64,000 bases of DNA from Bacilli bacterium (GCA_041686735.1 JAWLDF010000013.1:5354-69353), one strand, 5' to 3'; counted from the first letter of the stretch, positions 32,224 through 41,660 are shown. Notes: generated by a model not told the origin, from the sequence alone. Made by a program: numbers and translations.

Positions 32224-33209
32224 GTGTGGAAGTGGTGAAGATGGTAACGGCGGATCTGGATAAAGAACAGCGGATCAAGGAACAGTTGAAGGGTCGTGAT
32301 TTTTTGACGCTGGCCGATTTTGACCGGGAGGAACTGGCCTACCTGCTCGATCTGGCTGCGCGCCTGAAGGAGATCCAAAAATCGGGTGCAACCTATCATC
32401 CGTTGAAGGGGAAAACGCTGGGCATGATTTTTGAAAAATCCTCCACTCGTACTCGGGTGTCGTTTGAGGTGGGGATTTATCAGCTGGGCGGACAGGGGAT
32501 GTTCCTCAGTAGTCGCGACCTGCAGATCGGACGTGGCGAGCCCGTTTCCGACACCGCGAAGGTGTTGTCCCGTTATCTGGACGGCATCATGATCCGGACT
32601 TTCTCCCATGAGGGTGTGGAAGAGCTGGCGGCCAACGCGACGATTCCGGTGATTAACGGATTGACGGACATGTTCCATCCCTGTCAGGTGATGGCCGATC
32701 TGCAGACGATCCAGGAGCAAAAAGGGGAGCTGCAGGGGCTGAAACTGGCATTTGTGGGTGACGGAAACAACATGGCTCACTCGTTGTTACTTGGGGCAGC
32801 GATTTTTGGGATGGATATTGCGATTGCATCGCCTAAGCAGGATCAGCCTGATCCGGTTGTCGTTGCGCGGGCGAAAGAATTTGCCGCTGAATCCGGCAGT
32901 CAGGTTGTGATTACGGACGATCCGGTGGAAGCGGTGCAAGGTGCTGATATCGTCTATACCGATGTATGGGCCAGCATGGGGCAGGAGGCTGAGCAGGCTG
33001 AGCGGGCGAAGCGTTTTGCTCCGTATCAGGTGAATGCGGAACTGGTGCAGCATGCGAAGAACGATTATATTTTTATGCATTGTCTCCCGGCCCATCGCGG
33101 TGAGGAAGTGAGTGCAGACGTGATCGACGGGGCTCACTCCGTTGTGTTTGACCAGTCGGAAAACCGTCTCCATGTGCAAAAAGCGATCATGGCGGCGTTG
33201 ATGGGGTAG
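32220..33209 (+). CDS. argF: Ornithine carbamoyltransferase
   Basis: FEKSSTRTR, HPCQ, YTDVWASMG, HCLP. Confidence 0.97.
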   Translation: MSVEVVKMVTADLDKEQRIKEQLKGRDFLTLADFDREELAYLLDLAARLKEIQKSGATYHPLKGKTLGMIFEKSSTRTRVSFEVGIYQLGGQGMFLSSRDLQIGRGEPVSDTAKVLSRYLDGIMIRTFSHEGVEELAANATIPVINGLTDMFHPCQVMADLQTIQEQKGELQGLKLAFVGDGNNMAHSLLLGAAIFGMDIAIASPKQDQPDPVVVARAKEFAAESGSQVVITDDPVEAVQGADIVYTDVWASMGQEAEQAERAKRFAPYQVNAELVQHAKNDYIFMHCLPAHRGEEVSADVIDGAHSVVFDQSENRLHVQKAIMAALMG

Positions 33210-33482
33210 TTTGGACGTGGGATTTGTACTGAGATTTGATTTTTGAGGGGATGTTTTAAGGGTATGATGGGGGAGTCGGCATCTCTGGTCGGTCAGGTGA
33301 CCTCAGGTTGGATCGTATGTTTGCCGGGATACCGGCTCCGCAGGATCTCCCATAGTTGAGTGGTAATGGTGAATGACTCAATTTACCGTAAGATTTCCCT
33401 TGCGTGATTGTTGGGGTATGGTGTATTCTATGTAGTGTTCACCGTTGTTCAGGTGTCTTTGATTGAGTGTTAGATTGTTTGT

Positions 33483-33571
33483 GCCCGGGTGGCGGAATTG
33501 GCAGACGCACAGGACTTAAAATCCTGGGTCTCGTGAGAGACGTGGGGGTTCAAGTCCCCCCCTGGGCACCA
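33483..33571 (+). tRNA. tRNA-Leu(TAA)
   Basis: GCCCGGG/CCTGGGC acceptor, CAGGA-CT-TAA-AA-TCCTG anticodon arm, long variable arm, TTCAAGT T-loop, CCA. Confidence 0.96.
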
Positions 33572-33849
33572 TCTTTATCTGCGAGACAATTGTAATTTTA
33601 TAACATGAAACTTTCTTTCGCTGGGTGGAACTGTTATGAAAAGAGAAAGTGACCGGTAATAAATTAAGACGAAAAAAAACACCCTATTTAACGAAAATTG
33701 CTCAAATCGCTAAATTTAAGACGAAAAATTCGTCTTAATTCATTCCTGATGTTCTCGTAAACCTCGACCCAAATTCTGGTCCCATCAAATTCACCCTGTC
33801 ACTTATCAATGAACCCAAAAATCAGTAAAAATGTTCATCATCCCAAGTC

Positions 33850-33878
33850 TTGTAAAGCCGTTTCAAACGTGGTATCAT
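33850..33878 (+). promoter_or_regulatory. SigA promoter of tRNA-Asn/Ser
   Basis: TTGTAA-N17-TATCAT with TG extended -10. Confidence 0.65.
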
Positions 33879-33921
33879 ACCTTTTGTAACGGTTGGAAGC
33901 ATACTATATTGCATCATTCAT

Positions 33922-33996
33922 TCCGCAGTAGCTCAATGGTGGAGCAACCGGCTGTTAACCGGTAGGTTGCAGGTTCGAGTCCTGCCTGCGGAGCCA
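33922..33996 (+). tRNA. tRNA-Asn(GTT)
   Basis: TCCGCAG/CTGCGGA acceptor, ACCGG-CT-GTT-AA-CCGGT anticodon arm, GGTTCGAGTCC, CCA. Confidence 0.97.
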
Positions 33997-33999
33997 TTC

Positions 34000-34092
34000 G
34001 GAGGAGTACCCAAGTCTGGCTGAAGGGAGCGGTCTTGAAAACCGCCAGGGCGTTCACGCGTCGCGGGGGTTCGAATCCCTCCTCCTCCGCCA
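34000..34092 (+). tRNA. tRNA-Ser(TGA)
   Basis: GGAGGAG/CTCCTCC acceptor, GCGGT-CT-TGA-AA-ACCGC, long variable arm, GGTTCGAATCC, CCA. Confidence 0.97.
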
Positions 34093-34141
34093 TAATAGAA
34101 CTCAATGAAACGCAAAGTAAATAAACCGGCAAGAGTAAAGC

Positions 34142-34283
34142 AGGGATTTGAACCCGCTCTCCGAGGAGAGAAGGGGTTCATTGGAAACACGACGAGGACA
34201 GGGCCGAAGGGCCGTGCCGAGTCGATGTTGGATTCCGGAGACGAGCCGATGGAATCGGCGAAGGGAAGGTATCCCTCCTCCTC
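34142..34283 (+). repeat. tRNA-linked branched hairpin element ending in a 13-bp copy of the tRNA-Ser 3' end
   Basis: ATCCCTCCTCCTC at 34075-34087 and 34271-34283; GGGATTTGAACCC 34143-34155 is antisense to the T-arm; four stems. Confidence 0.75.
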
Positions 34284-34312
34284 ATATTATGGAGAAAGGT
34301 TGAATTCCCACG

Positions 34313-35305
34313 ATGACTAAATTACCACGAAGGATAAAGTTGGCTCATCAACCGACACCGATAGAAAAACTTGACCGGTTGTCGGATTTGCTTGATGGAC
34401 CGGAAATATATATTAAACGGGATGATTTGACCGGGAGTGAAATATCCGGCAATAAGATTCGCAAACTCGAATTTTCCCTTGCCGAAGCATTGGATCAGGG
34501 CGCCGATGTACTGGTTACTTGTGGAGGAATACAATCAAATCATGCACGGGCTACAGCCGTTGCGGCTGCAAAGCTGGGTATCTCATCTTGCTTGATTTTA
34601 TCGGGAACAGGACGTGAACAACTGACCGGAAATTATTTTATTGACGTTCTGGTCGGCGCCAAAATCAAACTGGTCACCCCCGAGCGGTACCGCAATGAAA
34701 TAGACGCTGTTTTTGCTGAAACAAGAGCTGAACTGGAAGAACAAGGGTATAAACCTTATCTCATTCCCCTGGGTGCCTCCAACGGAATTGGAACCTTTGG
34801 ATATGTTAATGCCATGAAAGAGATAAGCCAGCAGGAAAAAGACCTGGGAGTGAGTTTCAATAAGATTGTCATTGCTGTGGGTTCGGGAGGTACTTATGCA
34901 GGACTGCTTTTAGGCAGCAAACTGATGGGCCTGGAAAAAGAGATATATGGTATGAACGTTGCGCATAATGCTGACTACTTTACAAACAGGATTGAGGAAA
35001 TCCTGATCGAAGCAGTGGATTACATGGAAGACAATGTAAACATCAGCAGGGATGAAATTCACATTTTGGACGGATATGTAGGTCCCGGATATGGGCTTAA
35101 TAATCAGGAACAAATCGAAACTGTAAAAAAGGTGGCCCGGTTGGAAGGAGTCGTTCTAGATCCTGTGTATACAGGCAAGGCCATGCATGGACTGATTGAA
35201 GAAATATACAAAGGTCGGGTGTTCAGCAAAGAGGACAAGGTGCTTTTCATTCATACCGGTGGACAATATGGGTTGTTCCCCTTTGCAGACAGGTTTGAAG
35301 AGTGA
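34313..35305 (+). CDS. D-cysteine desulfhydrase / ACC deaminase family PLP enzyme
   Basis: PTP, IKRDDLTG..SGNKIRKLEF, GGIQSNHAR, GSGGTYAG, LDPVYTGKA, FIHTGG. Confidence 0.9.
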   Translation: MTKLPRRIKLAHQPTPIEKLDRLSDLLDGPEIYIKRDDLTGSEISGNKIRKLEFSLAEALDQGADVLVTCGGIQSNHARATAVAAAKLGISSCLILSGTGREQLTGNYFIDVLVGAKIKLVTPERYRNEIDAVFAETRAELEEQGYKPYLIPLGASNGIGTFGYVNAMKEISQQEKDLGVSFNKIVIAVGSGGTYAGLLLGSKLMGLEKEIYGMNVAHNADYFTNRIEEILIEAVDYMEDNVNISRDEIHILDGYVGPGYGLNNQEQIETVKKVARLEGVVLDPVYTGKAMHGLIEEIYKGRVFSKEDKVLFIHTGGQYGLFPFADRFEE

Positions 35306-35329
35306 TATTAATAATCGTTGCATAAAGCT

Positions 35330-35359
35330 TCCCTCCGTTAAGTCGTGAGGGATTTTTTT
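35330..35359 (+). terminator. Terminator after desulfhydrase gene
   Basis: TCCCTC...GAGGGA followed by T7. Confidence 0.65.
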
Positions 35360-35377
35360 ACATATTGTATTCGGAAA

Positions 35378-35394
35378 TTTGAATAAATATGCGT
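35378..35394. promoter_or_regulatory. Single ARG box upstream of argG
   Basis: TTTGAATAAATATGCGT. Confidence 0.5.
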
Positions 35395-35540
35395 CACAAC
35401 TGCAATAAACAACCACTTGTCTGTTTTTCAGATCAAATCCGTAGTGGAACATATTGTCGTTCTATTTCCACCGATTTACTCAATGTCGTAACGACTCATT
35501 ACCCCGGCCCACATTCGACAAAATTATTTCACTTACAGGT

Positions 35541-35578
35541 ATTGAATTTTTATTAATAATATTGCATAATTATTTCAT
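35541..35578. promoter_or_regulatory. Tandem ARG boxes upstream of argG
   Basis: ATTGAATTTTTATTAAT-N3-ATTGCATAATTATTTCAT. Confidence 0.7.
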
Positions 35579-35705
35579 GCTCATTTTCATGCTTATGCTC
35601 TTTTTCACCTTGCACATGTTTCGCATCAATACCAAACTATTGTTCCAATCATTATAATCGTGATATGAAGATAAAAGGATTTAATCAAAGGAGAGGAGTA
35701 GTACC

Positions 35706-36959
35706 ATGGCTAAAGAAAAAGTGGTTCTGGCGTACTCGGGAGGTCTGGATACCTCCGTTGCCATCAAGTGGTTGCAGGATACTTATCATTACGACGTGAT
35801 TGCGGTCGCAGTAGACGTCGGGGAGGGAAAAGACCTCGACTTTATCAAAGAAAAGGCGCTCAAGGTGGGAGCAGTCAAATCCATCGTGGTGGATGCACGT
35901 GAACTGTTCAGCAAGGAGTACCTTCTGCCGGCTTTAAAAGCCAACGCCATGTATGAAGGAAAATACCCGCTGGTGTCTGCACTGTCGAGACCGCTCATTT
36001 CAAAAATCCTGGTGGACATTGCCGAGAAGGAAGGCGCCGTGGCTGTCGCACACGGATGTACGGGGAAAGGGAATGACCAGGTCCGTTTTGACGTGTCGAT
36101 TACCGCACTCAACCCCAACCTCAAAATCGTCGCTCCCGTACGGGAATGGGCAATGTCGCGTGAAGAAGAAATCGAATATGCGAAAAAGAACGGGATTCCC
36201 ATTCCGATCGATTTAGATAACCCGTACAGTATTGACCAGAACCTGTGGGGACGCAGCTGCGAGTGCGGCGTGCTGGAAGATCCGTGGGTCGAGCCGCCGA
36301 AAGGAGCCTACGATCTCACCAACCATCTCGAGGATACACCGGATCAGCCGGACGAAATTGAAATCACTTTTGAAAAAGGGGTACCGGTGGCTCTGAACGG
36401 TGAACAGAAGCCGCTGTACGAAATCGTTGCCGACCTGAACAAGGTTGCTGGGAAGCACGGCGTGGGACGGATCGACCATGTAGAGAACCGTCTAGTCGGG
36501 ATCAAATCACGTGAAGTGTACGAAGCGCCGGCAGCGATGACACTGATCCTGGCCCATCGCGAACTGGAATCGATTACCCAGCCGCGGGAAGTGGCTCAGT
36601 TTAAACCGATTATCGAACATAAAATCTCTCAAGTGATATATGAAGGTCTGTGGTTTTCGCCGATCATGGATGCCCTGCAGGCTTTCGTCGAGGAAACCCA
36701 GAAGCACGTGAGTGGAACAGTGCGTGTCAAGTTGTTTAAAGGTCACGCCATCGTGGTGGGGCGTAAATCGGATCATTCGCTTTATAGCTTTGAGCTGGCT
36801 ACCTATAATCCGGACGATCAATTTGACCATAAAGCAGCCCTCGGGTTTATCAAGCTGTGGGGACTGCCAACCGAAGTTTATTCCAAGGTCAATCCCGACC
36901 AGCGCAACAAGGGTGGCAAAGCAGTGATTGTCGACGAAAAGGAAGATGTGAAAGCATGA
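35706..36959 (+). CDS. argG: Argininosuccinate synthase
   Basis: [37 protein letters not shown]. Confidence 0.98.
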   Translation: MAKEKVVLAYSGGLDTSVAIKWLQDTYHYDVIAVAVDVGEGKDLDFIKEKALKVGAVKSIVVDARELFSKEYLLPALKANAMYEGKYPLVSALSRPLISKILVDIAEKEGAVAVAHGCTGKGNDQVRFDVSITALNPNLKIVAPVREWAMSREEEIEYAKKNGIPIPIDLDNPYSIDQNLWGRSCECGVLEDPWVEPPKGAYDLTNHLEDTPDQPDEIEITFEKGVPVALNGEQKPLYEIVADLNKVAGKHGVGRIDHVENRLVGIKSREVYEAPAAMTLILAHRELESITQPREVAQFKPIIEHKISQVIYEGLWFSPIMDALQAFVEETQKHVSGTVRVKLFKGHAIVVGRKSDHSLYSFELATYNPDDQFDHKAALGFIKLWGLPTEVYSKVNPDQRNKGGKAVIVDEKEDVKA

Positions 36960-38377
36960 AGTTGTGGGGCGGACGTTTCACCAGAGCAACCAACGAACTC
37001 GTAGACGAATATACGGCCTCCATCTATTTTGATCAGCAACTGGCCGAACAGGATATCACCGGCTCACTTGCCCACGTGAAGATGCTGGGTAAGTGCGGCA
37101 TCCTGAGCGGGGAAGAAGTGGAACAGATTTCACAGGGCCTCAAAACGGTAGCGCAAAAGATCGCTGCCGGTGAGGCTTCTTTTACGGTAGCCAACGAAGA
37201 TATTCATATGAATATCGAAAAAATGCTGATCGATGAGATCGGTCCTGTCGGGGGGAAATTACACACCGGCCGCAGCCGCAACGATCAGGTGGCGCTGGAT
37301 ATGCATCTTTACCTGCGCGAACAGGTGCTGGAGCTGATCGGACTATTGATCAATCTGCAAAAGGCGTTAATCAAACAGGCCAAAGAGAATCTCGACACGA
37401 TTCTGCCGGGCTACACCCATCTGCAACGGGCCCAGCCGGTTTTGTTCGCCCACCATTTGATGGCCTATTGTGCCATGTTTCAGCGGGATATCGAACGCCT
37501 GCAGGATAGCTGGAAAAGAATCAATGTCATGCCCCTCGGAGCCGGGGCCCTTGCCGGAACCACTTTTCCGATCGACCGAGAGTATGTGGCCGAATTGCTC
37601 CGTTTTGATGAGGTTTATGAAAACAGCATGGACGCGGTCAGTGACCGTGATTTCATCGTGGAGTTCTTATCCCATGCTTCCCTGATCATCGCCCACCTCT
37701 CCCGTTTGTCGGAGGAGCTGGTACTGTGGTCGAGCCAGGAGTTTTCTTTTATTGAACTGGACGATTCCTTCTGTACGGGAAGCAGTATTATGCCGCAAAA
37801 AAAGAATCCCGACGTTGCCGAACTTGTGCGGGGAAAAACGGGACGGGTGTACGGCAACCTCATCGGCATGTTGACGGTCCTGAAAGGGTTACCCCTCTCA
37901 TACAACAAAGATATGCAGGAAGATAAAGAGGGGATGTTTGACACCGTAAAAACGCTGCACGGGGCGCTCTCCCTGTTTGCGCCCATGATCGAAACGATGC
38001 AGGTAAGAAAAGAGAAAATGGCGCAGGCGGTCAAACAGGATTTTTCCAATGCGACCGATCTTGCCGATTACCTGGTGAACAAAGGGATGCCATTCCGTGA
38101 AGCCCACGAAGTAGTGGGCAAGACGGTGTTATACTGCATCCAAAACGGGAAGTATCTGGCGGATATGAGCTTTGAGGAATACCGCCGCTTTTCCGGTTTG
38201 TTCGATGAGGATATCTATCAGGCGATCGATATCACCACCGTCGTCAACGCGCGCAATGTGCAGGGCGGGACGGCACGTCCACAGGTGGAAAAACAGATCC
38301 GACTTGCAGAAGAGAAGCTGATCGGACATAATCAATGGTGGCAACAACATGTCGATAAGATTAAAATCGACCTGTAA
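36956..38377 (+). CDS. argH: Argininosuccinate lyase
   Basis: [28 protein letters not shown]. Confidence 0.98.
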   Translation: MKLWGGRFTRATNELVDEYTASIYFDQQLAEQDITGSLAHVKMLGKCGILSGEEVEQISQGLKTVAQKIAAGEASFTVANEDIHMNIEKMLIDEIGPVGGKLHTGRSRNDQVALDMHLYLREQVLELIGLLINLQKALIKQAKENLDTILPGYTHLQRAQPVLFAHHLMAYCAMFQRDIERLQDSWKRINVMPLGAGALAGTTFPIDREYVAELLRFDEVYENSMDAVSDRDFIVEFLSHASLIIAHLSRLSEELVLWSSQEFSFIELDDSFCTGSSIMPQKKNPDVAELVRGKTGRVYGNLIGMLTVLKGLPLSYNKDMQEDKEGMFDTVKTLHGALSLFAPMIETMQVRKEKMAQAVKQDFSNATDLADYLVNKGMPFREAHEVVGKTVLYCIQNGKYLADMSFEEYRRFSGLFDEDIYQAIDITTVVNARNVQGGTARPQVEKQIRLAEEKLIGHNQWWQQHVDKIKIDL

Positions 38378-38410
38378 CTGAAATCAAATAATGAAGGGAA
38401 TGTAGCCATC

Positions 38411-38842
38411 ATGAAAAAAGGAAAGATTGTACTCGAGCGCGGCGGGGAAGTGGAGATTCAATTTTTTGATGAGGATGCTCCCAACACCGTTGCAAACTTC
38501 GAAAAGCTGGCCAATGACGGTTTTTACGACGGCTTGACTTTTCATCGGGTGATTCCCGGATTTGTCGCCCAGGGAGGATGTCCTGTCGGAAACGGAACCG
38601 GGGATGCCGGATATACGATTCCCTGTGAGATCAACCCGAACAAGCATGAGCGCGGTGTGATCGCCATGGCCCATGCCGGACGAGATACGGGCAGTTGCCA
38701 GTTTTATATCACCTATGAGCCCCAGCCTCATCTAGACGGACACCATACCGTCTTTGGCAAGGTGATCAGTGGCATGGAGCATGTGGATCAGATTCTTCAG
38801 GGTGATCGAATGAAAGAAGTCAGGGTGTGGAACGAAGATTAA
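38411..38842 (+). CDS. ppiB: Cyclophilin-type peptidyl-prolyl isomerase
   Basis: [38 protein letters not shown]. Confidence 0.94.
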   Translation: MKKGKIVLERGGEVEIQFFDEDAPNTVANFEKLANDGFYDGLTFHRVIPGFVAQGGCPVGNGTGDAGYTIPCEINPNKHERGVIAMAHAGRDTGSCQFYITYEPQPHLDGHHTVFGKVISGMEHVDQILQGDRMKEVRVWNED

Positions 38843-38847
38843 TCTTT

Positions 38848-38926
38848 CAAAAAAACCATCTGGATTTGATTTGCCTTTCCCTCATTTCGTTCGGCCGGTC
38901 AACATCAAATCCAGATGGTTTTTTTG
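38848..38926 (+). repeat. Structured repeat copy C (left-type); also terminator of ppiB
   Basis: Core GATTTGATTTGCCTTTCCCTCATTTCGTTCGGCCGGTCAACATCAAATC inside stem CAAAAAAACCATCTG/CAGATGGTTTTTTTG. Confidence 0.9.
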
Positions 38927-39203
38927 TGGATTATTATTCATTTTTCGCGGTACACATTTGACGTGATCCCACCAATTTAAATGAATCGCATAGACGATTA
39001 CGTGACTAACCCGTAACACGACGCGCTCCTGTAAGAACTTTATTTCTTTTAAACGATTCAATTTCCGATTTAACTTTGTTGTTTTGGGATCTTCCAACTT
39101 GTGAATGAGAGATAAAGTGGATGCAATGATTGATACTCAATAATGCCATCCCCAGCCATACAATAGATTAATCCGCTCTTCTTTTGACATAGAATTTCCT
39201 ACC

Positions 39204-39293
39204 AAACATCCAAAAAATAAAAAAGCTTGATTTGATGCAGACCGGCCGAACGCAGTGAGGGAAAGGCAAATCAAATCAAGCTTTTTTATTTTT
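39204..39293 (-). repeat. Structured repeat copy D (right-type, inverted to C)
   Basis: Reverse complement core GATTTGATTTGCCTTTCCCTCACTGCGTTCGGCCGGTCTGCATCAAATC; preceded by AAACATCCAAAAAATAAA as in copy B. Confidence 0.9.
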
Positions 39294-39664
39294 GCATATT
39301 TATACGAAAAATTTTTAGTGAATTATTGAATTTTTCTGAAAACGGTGTATAATAGGAAAAAAGAACTCGACAAAATAAGCGCATCTCTTCATCAACTGAC
39401 ATCTTCTAGCATTTTTCAATGATCATTCGGAACGATTGACCTCCTTCAACGGGCGCAAAATTTGTTCTTATTCACTCCTTTATAGTCCTAAAGCCCTATA
39501 AAAAAATGTTGAAAATAGGAATCCTGCCCCATGACAGCACGACAAAAACTGAGATATAATGACACATAATTTTAAATGCATTAATAGATGAAGGATATTG
39601 GCCAGTGGATTGCTGTCGAATTTTCGTTTTTTCCGTTGCTAAAACGGAAGAAAGGAGGGTGTGT

Positions 39665-39841
39665 ATGATTCAGACAAGTTCTTCACTGGAACGGATTTTA
39701 GAAGAGATTAATGATCTTAAACTGTATATGTATGAAATCAGTCATCAGGTCGACAATCTTGCTCATCCGTTACTAGTTGAGGTCAGTCAGTTGTTGGATC
39801 AGAAGTTAAATCAACATCAGCAAATGATCAGTCAGCGGTAG
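39665..39841 (+). CDS. Spo0E-family aspartyl-phosphate phosphatase
   Basis: 58 aa helical, VEVSQLLDQKLN (SQxLD motif), AAAGGAGG RBS. Confidence 0.82.
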   Translation: MIQTSSSLERILEEINDLKLYMYEISHQVDNLAHPLLVEVSQLLDQKLNQHQQMISQR

Positions 39842-39936
39842 AGATATCAAATATGCAAGACGCACATGTTTTCGGTTTTGATTACATTAAAAATCTTAAG
39901 AATTAGCTCTTATGCCAATATACGTTAATTAAGAAG

Positions 39937-39973
39937 AAAATCGCTTTTCTATAAACAGAAAGGCGATTTTTTT
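39937..39973 (+). terminator. Terminator after Spo0E-like gene
   Basis: AAAATCGCTTTTCT...AGAAAGGCGATTTT followed by T tract. Confidence 0.75.
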
Positions 39974-40042
39974 GTTACAATATAGAAGACTTATTTAATT
40001 ATTGCAGGTTAGCCGGATGAGTCGGTGAGGAGAGGATATCTG

Positions 40043-41494
40043 TTGAAATGGGAAGAACAGGATCGGCATTTAACCCTGTTGACTGATTTTTATCAATTAA
40101 CGATGATTTCGTCGGATGATATCAATCCCGATCAGGAGGTTGTATTTGATCTCTATTTTCGCACTGCACCGTGTGATGGACAATATGCCATAGCAGCCGG
40201 GCTTGAACAGGCCTTATCCTATATTAAAAATCTGTCCTTCACTGAAGAAGATATTCATTTTTTGCGTTCGACAGGAATGTTTGACGAATCTTTTCTGGAA
40301 AGATTACGCCATTTCAAATTTTCATGTGATGTTTATGCAGTTCCTGAAGGAACTGTGGTTTTCCCCAACGAACCGATGATGCGTGTTCAGGGGTCCTGGT
40401 TCGAAGCGCAGTTTGTGGAAACGGCACTGTTACTTATTCTGAACCACCAAACCCTGATTGCCACCAAAGCCCATCGTGTCATGCAGGCAGCTGCCGGCGA
40501 TGTTGTTCTGGAATTCGGGACGCGCAGGGCGCAGGGAGTCGATGCTGCTCTCTATGGATCGCGGGCCTGTTACATAGGGGGTTGTCACGGAACGGCCAAC
40601 GTTCTTGCAGGTCAATTATTCGGCATCCCGGTGAGAGGAACCCACTCTCATTCCTGGGTCCAGCGTCAAAAATCGGAATTGGAATCATTCAGGCTCTATG
40701 CGCGTAGGCACCCGGACAATTGCATTTTGCTTGTTGATACTTACGATGCCATTCACAGCGGCATCCCCAATGCCATTCAGGTCGGAAAAGAATTGATGGA
40801 GCAGGGCTATCAGTTAAAAGGGATACGTATTGATTCAGGCGATCTCGCATACTTATCGAAAAAGGCACGGAAGATGCTGGATGAGGCAGGACTGAATCAA
40901 ACGAAAATCGTCGCTTCCGGCGACCTCGATGAATTTTTGATTCGGGACTTAAAGGCGCAGGGTGCGGCGATCGACATGTGGGGAGTCGGTACCAATCTGA
41001 TTACCTCCAATGATTGTCCGTCCCTGGGTGGCGTATACAAATTGGGGGCGATTTGGGAAAACGGGGAGTGGAAACCGAAAATCAAAGTATCGGAAAACCC
41101 TCGTAAAATCACGAATCCAGGCGTAAAAAAAGTGGTTCGTCTTCATGATAAAGAATCAAATCGGGCCCTGGTCGATTTGATCATGCTTGAGCACGAAACG
41201 ATTGATCCGGATCAACCGCTTGAAGTATTCGATCCGGTGGATACCTGGAAACGGAAAATCGTCAAAAATTTCACAGTGCGCGAATTACTGGTTCCTGTTG
41301 TGGAAAAAGGGAAGATCGTCTATACATCCCCCTCCCTTGATGAAATCAAAAAACATGCAGATCAGGAACTGTCCGCTTTTTCCGAAGAACAGAAGAGACT
41401 GGTGAATCCTCACAACTACCACGTCGATCTGTCGGAAGAGTTATGGAATCTCAAACAAAACATGATTCGAGCATACCGTCATCCGAGAGGATAA
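40043..41494 (+). CDS. pncB: Nicotinate phosphoribosyltransferase
   Basis: LTDFYQLTM, EFGTRRAQG, GTHSHS, LVDTYD, IRIDSGDL, GGVYKL; start uncertain (TTG 40043 or GTG 40025). Confidence 0.93.
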   Translation: MKWEEQDRHLTLLTDFYQLTMISSDDINPDQEVVFDLYFRTAPCDGQYAIAAGLEQALSYIKNLSFTEEDIHFLRSTGMFDESFLERLRHFKFSCDVYAVPEGTVVFPNEPMMRVQGSWFEAQFVETALLLILNHQTLIATKAHRVMQAAAGDVVLEFGTRRAQGVDAALYGSRACYIGGCHGTANVLAGQLFGIPVRGTHSHSWVQRQKSELESFRLYARRHPDNCILLVDTYDAIHSGIPNAIQVGKELMEQGYQLKGIRIDSGDLAYLSKKARKMLDEAGLNQTKIVASGDLDEFLIRDLKAQGAAIDMWGVGTNLITSNDCPSLGGVYKLGAIWENGEWKPKIKVSENPRKITNPGVKKVVRLHDKESNRALVDLIMLEHETIDPDQPLEVFDPVDTWKRKIVKNFTVRELLVPVVEKGKIVYTSPSLDEIKKHADQELSAFSEEQKRLVNPHNYHVDLSEELWNLKQNMIRAYRHPRG

Positions 41495-41533
41495 CTTCAC
41501 AAAAAGTTCGAACCGGATAAAAGTATTGCATAC

Positions 41534-41579
41534 GGGTTGTCCCGGCTCCGTTCACAAAGGGGACAACCCCTTGTTTTTT
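41534..41579 (+). terminator. Terminator after pncB
   Basis: GGGTTGTCCC...GGGACAACCC followed by T-rich tract. Confidence 0.75.
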
Positions 41580-41633
41580 GTCATTTATATGTTGTTTTTT
41601 CGATAAAAAAGTCATTTCCGGGGAAATAATGCA

Positions 41634-41660
41634 GCAGGAATTTATCCGTCTGTGTCGAAG
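41634..41660 (+). promoter_or_regulatory. SigH-like promoter overlapping a Spo0A box upstream of ftsE
   Basis: GCAGGAATT...GTCGAAG with same spacing as the hpf site; TGTCGAA at 41653. Confidence 0.4.

Noticed and set aside
33914-34320. ORFs 33914..34132, 33933..34190 and 34105..34320
   Set aside because: They overlap tRNA genes or the structured element; no protein-like features
34093-35705. Prophage or integrase-bearing island at tRNA-Ser
   Set aside because: The duplication encloses under 200 bp and there is no integrase or phage gene in the window
24401-38847. arg-tRNA-ppiB block as a composite transposon bracketed by the two repeat pairs
   Set aside because: Content is housekeeping with host-like composition; no transposase or target duplication; arg genes near prfB/ftsE are plausible native synteny
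39137-39139. In-frame TGA in the C/D spacer as selenocysteine
   Set aside because: No redox motif, no recognisable SECIS and no family evidence
24100-39293. Four repeats as a CRISPR array
   Set aside because: Copies are inverted pairs 14 kb apart, with no regular spacers and no cas genes
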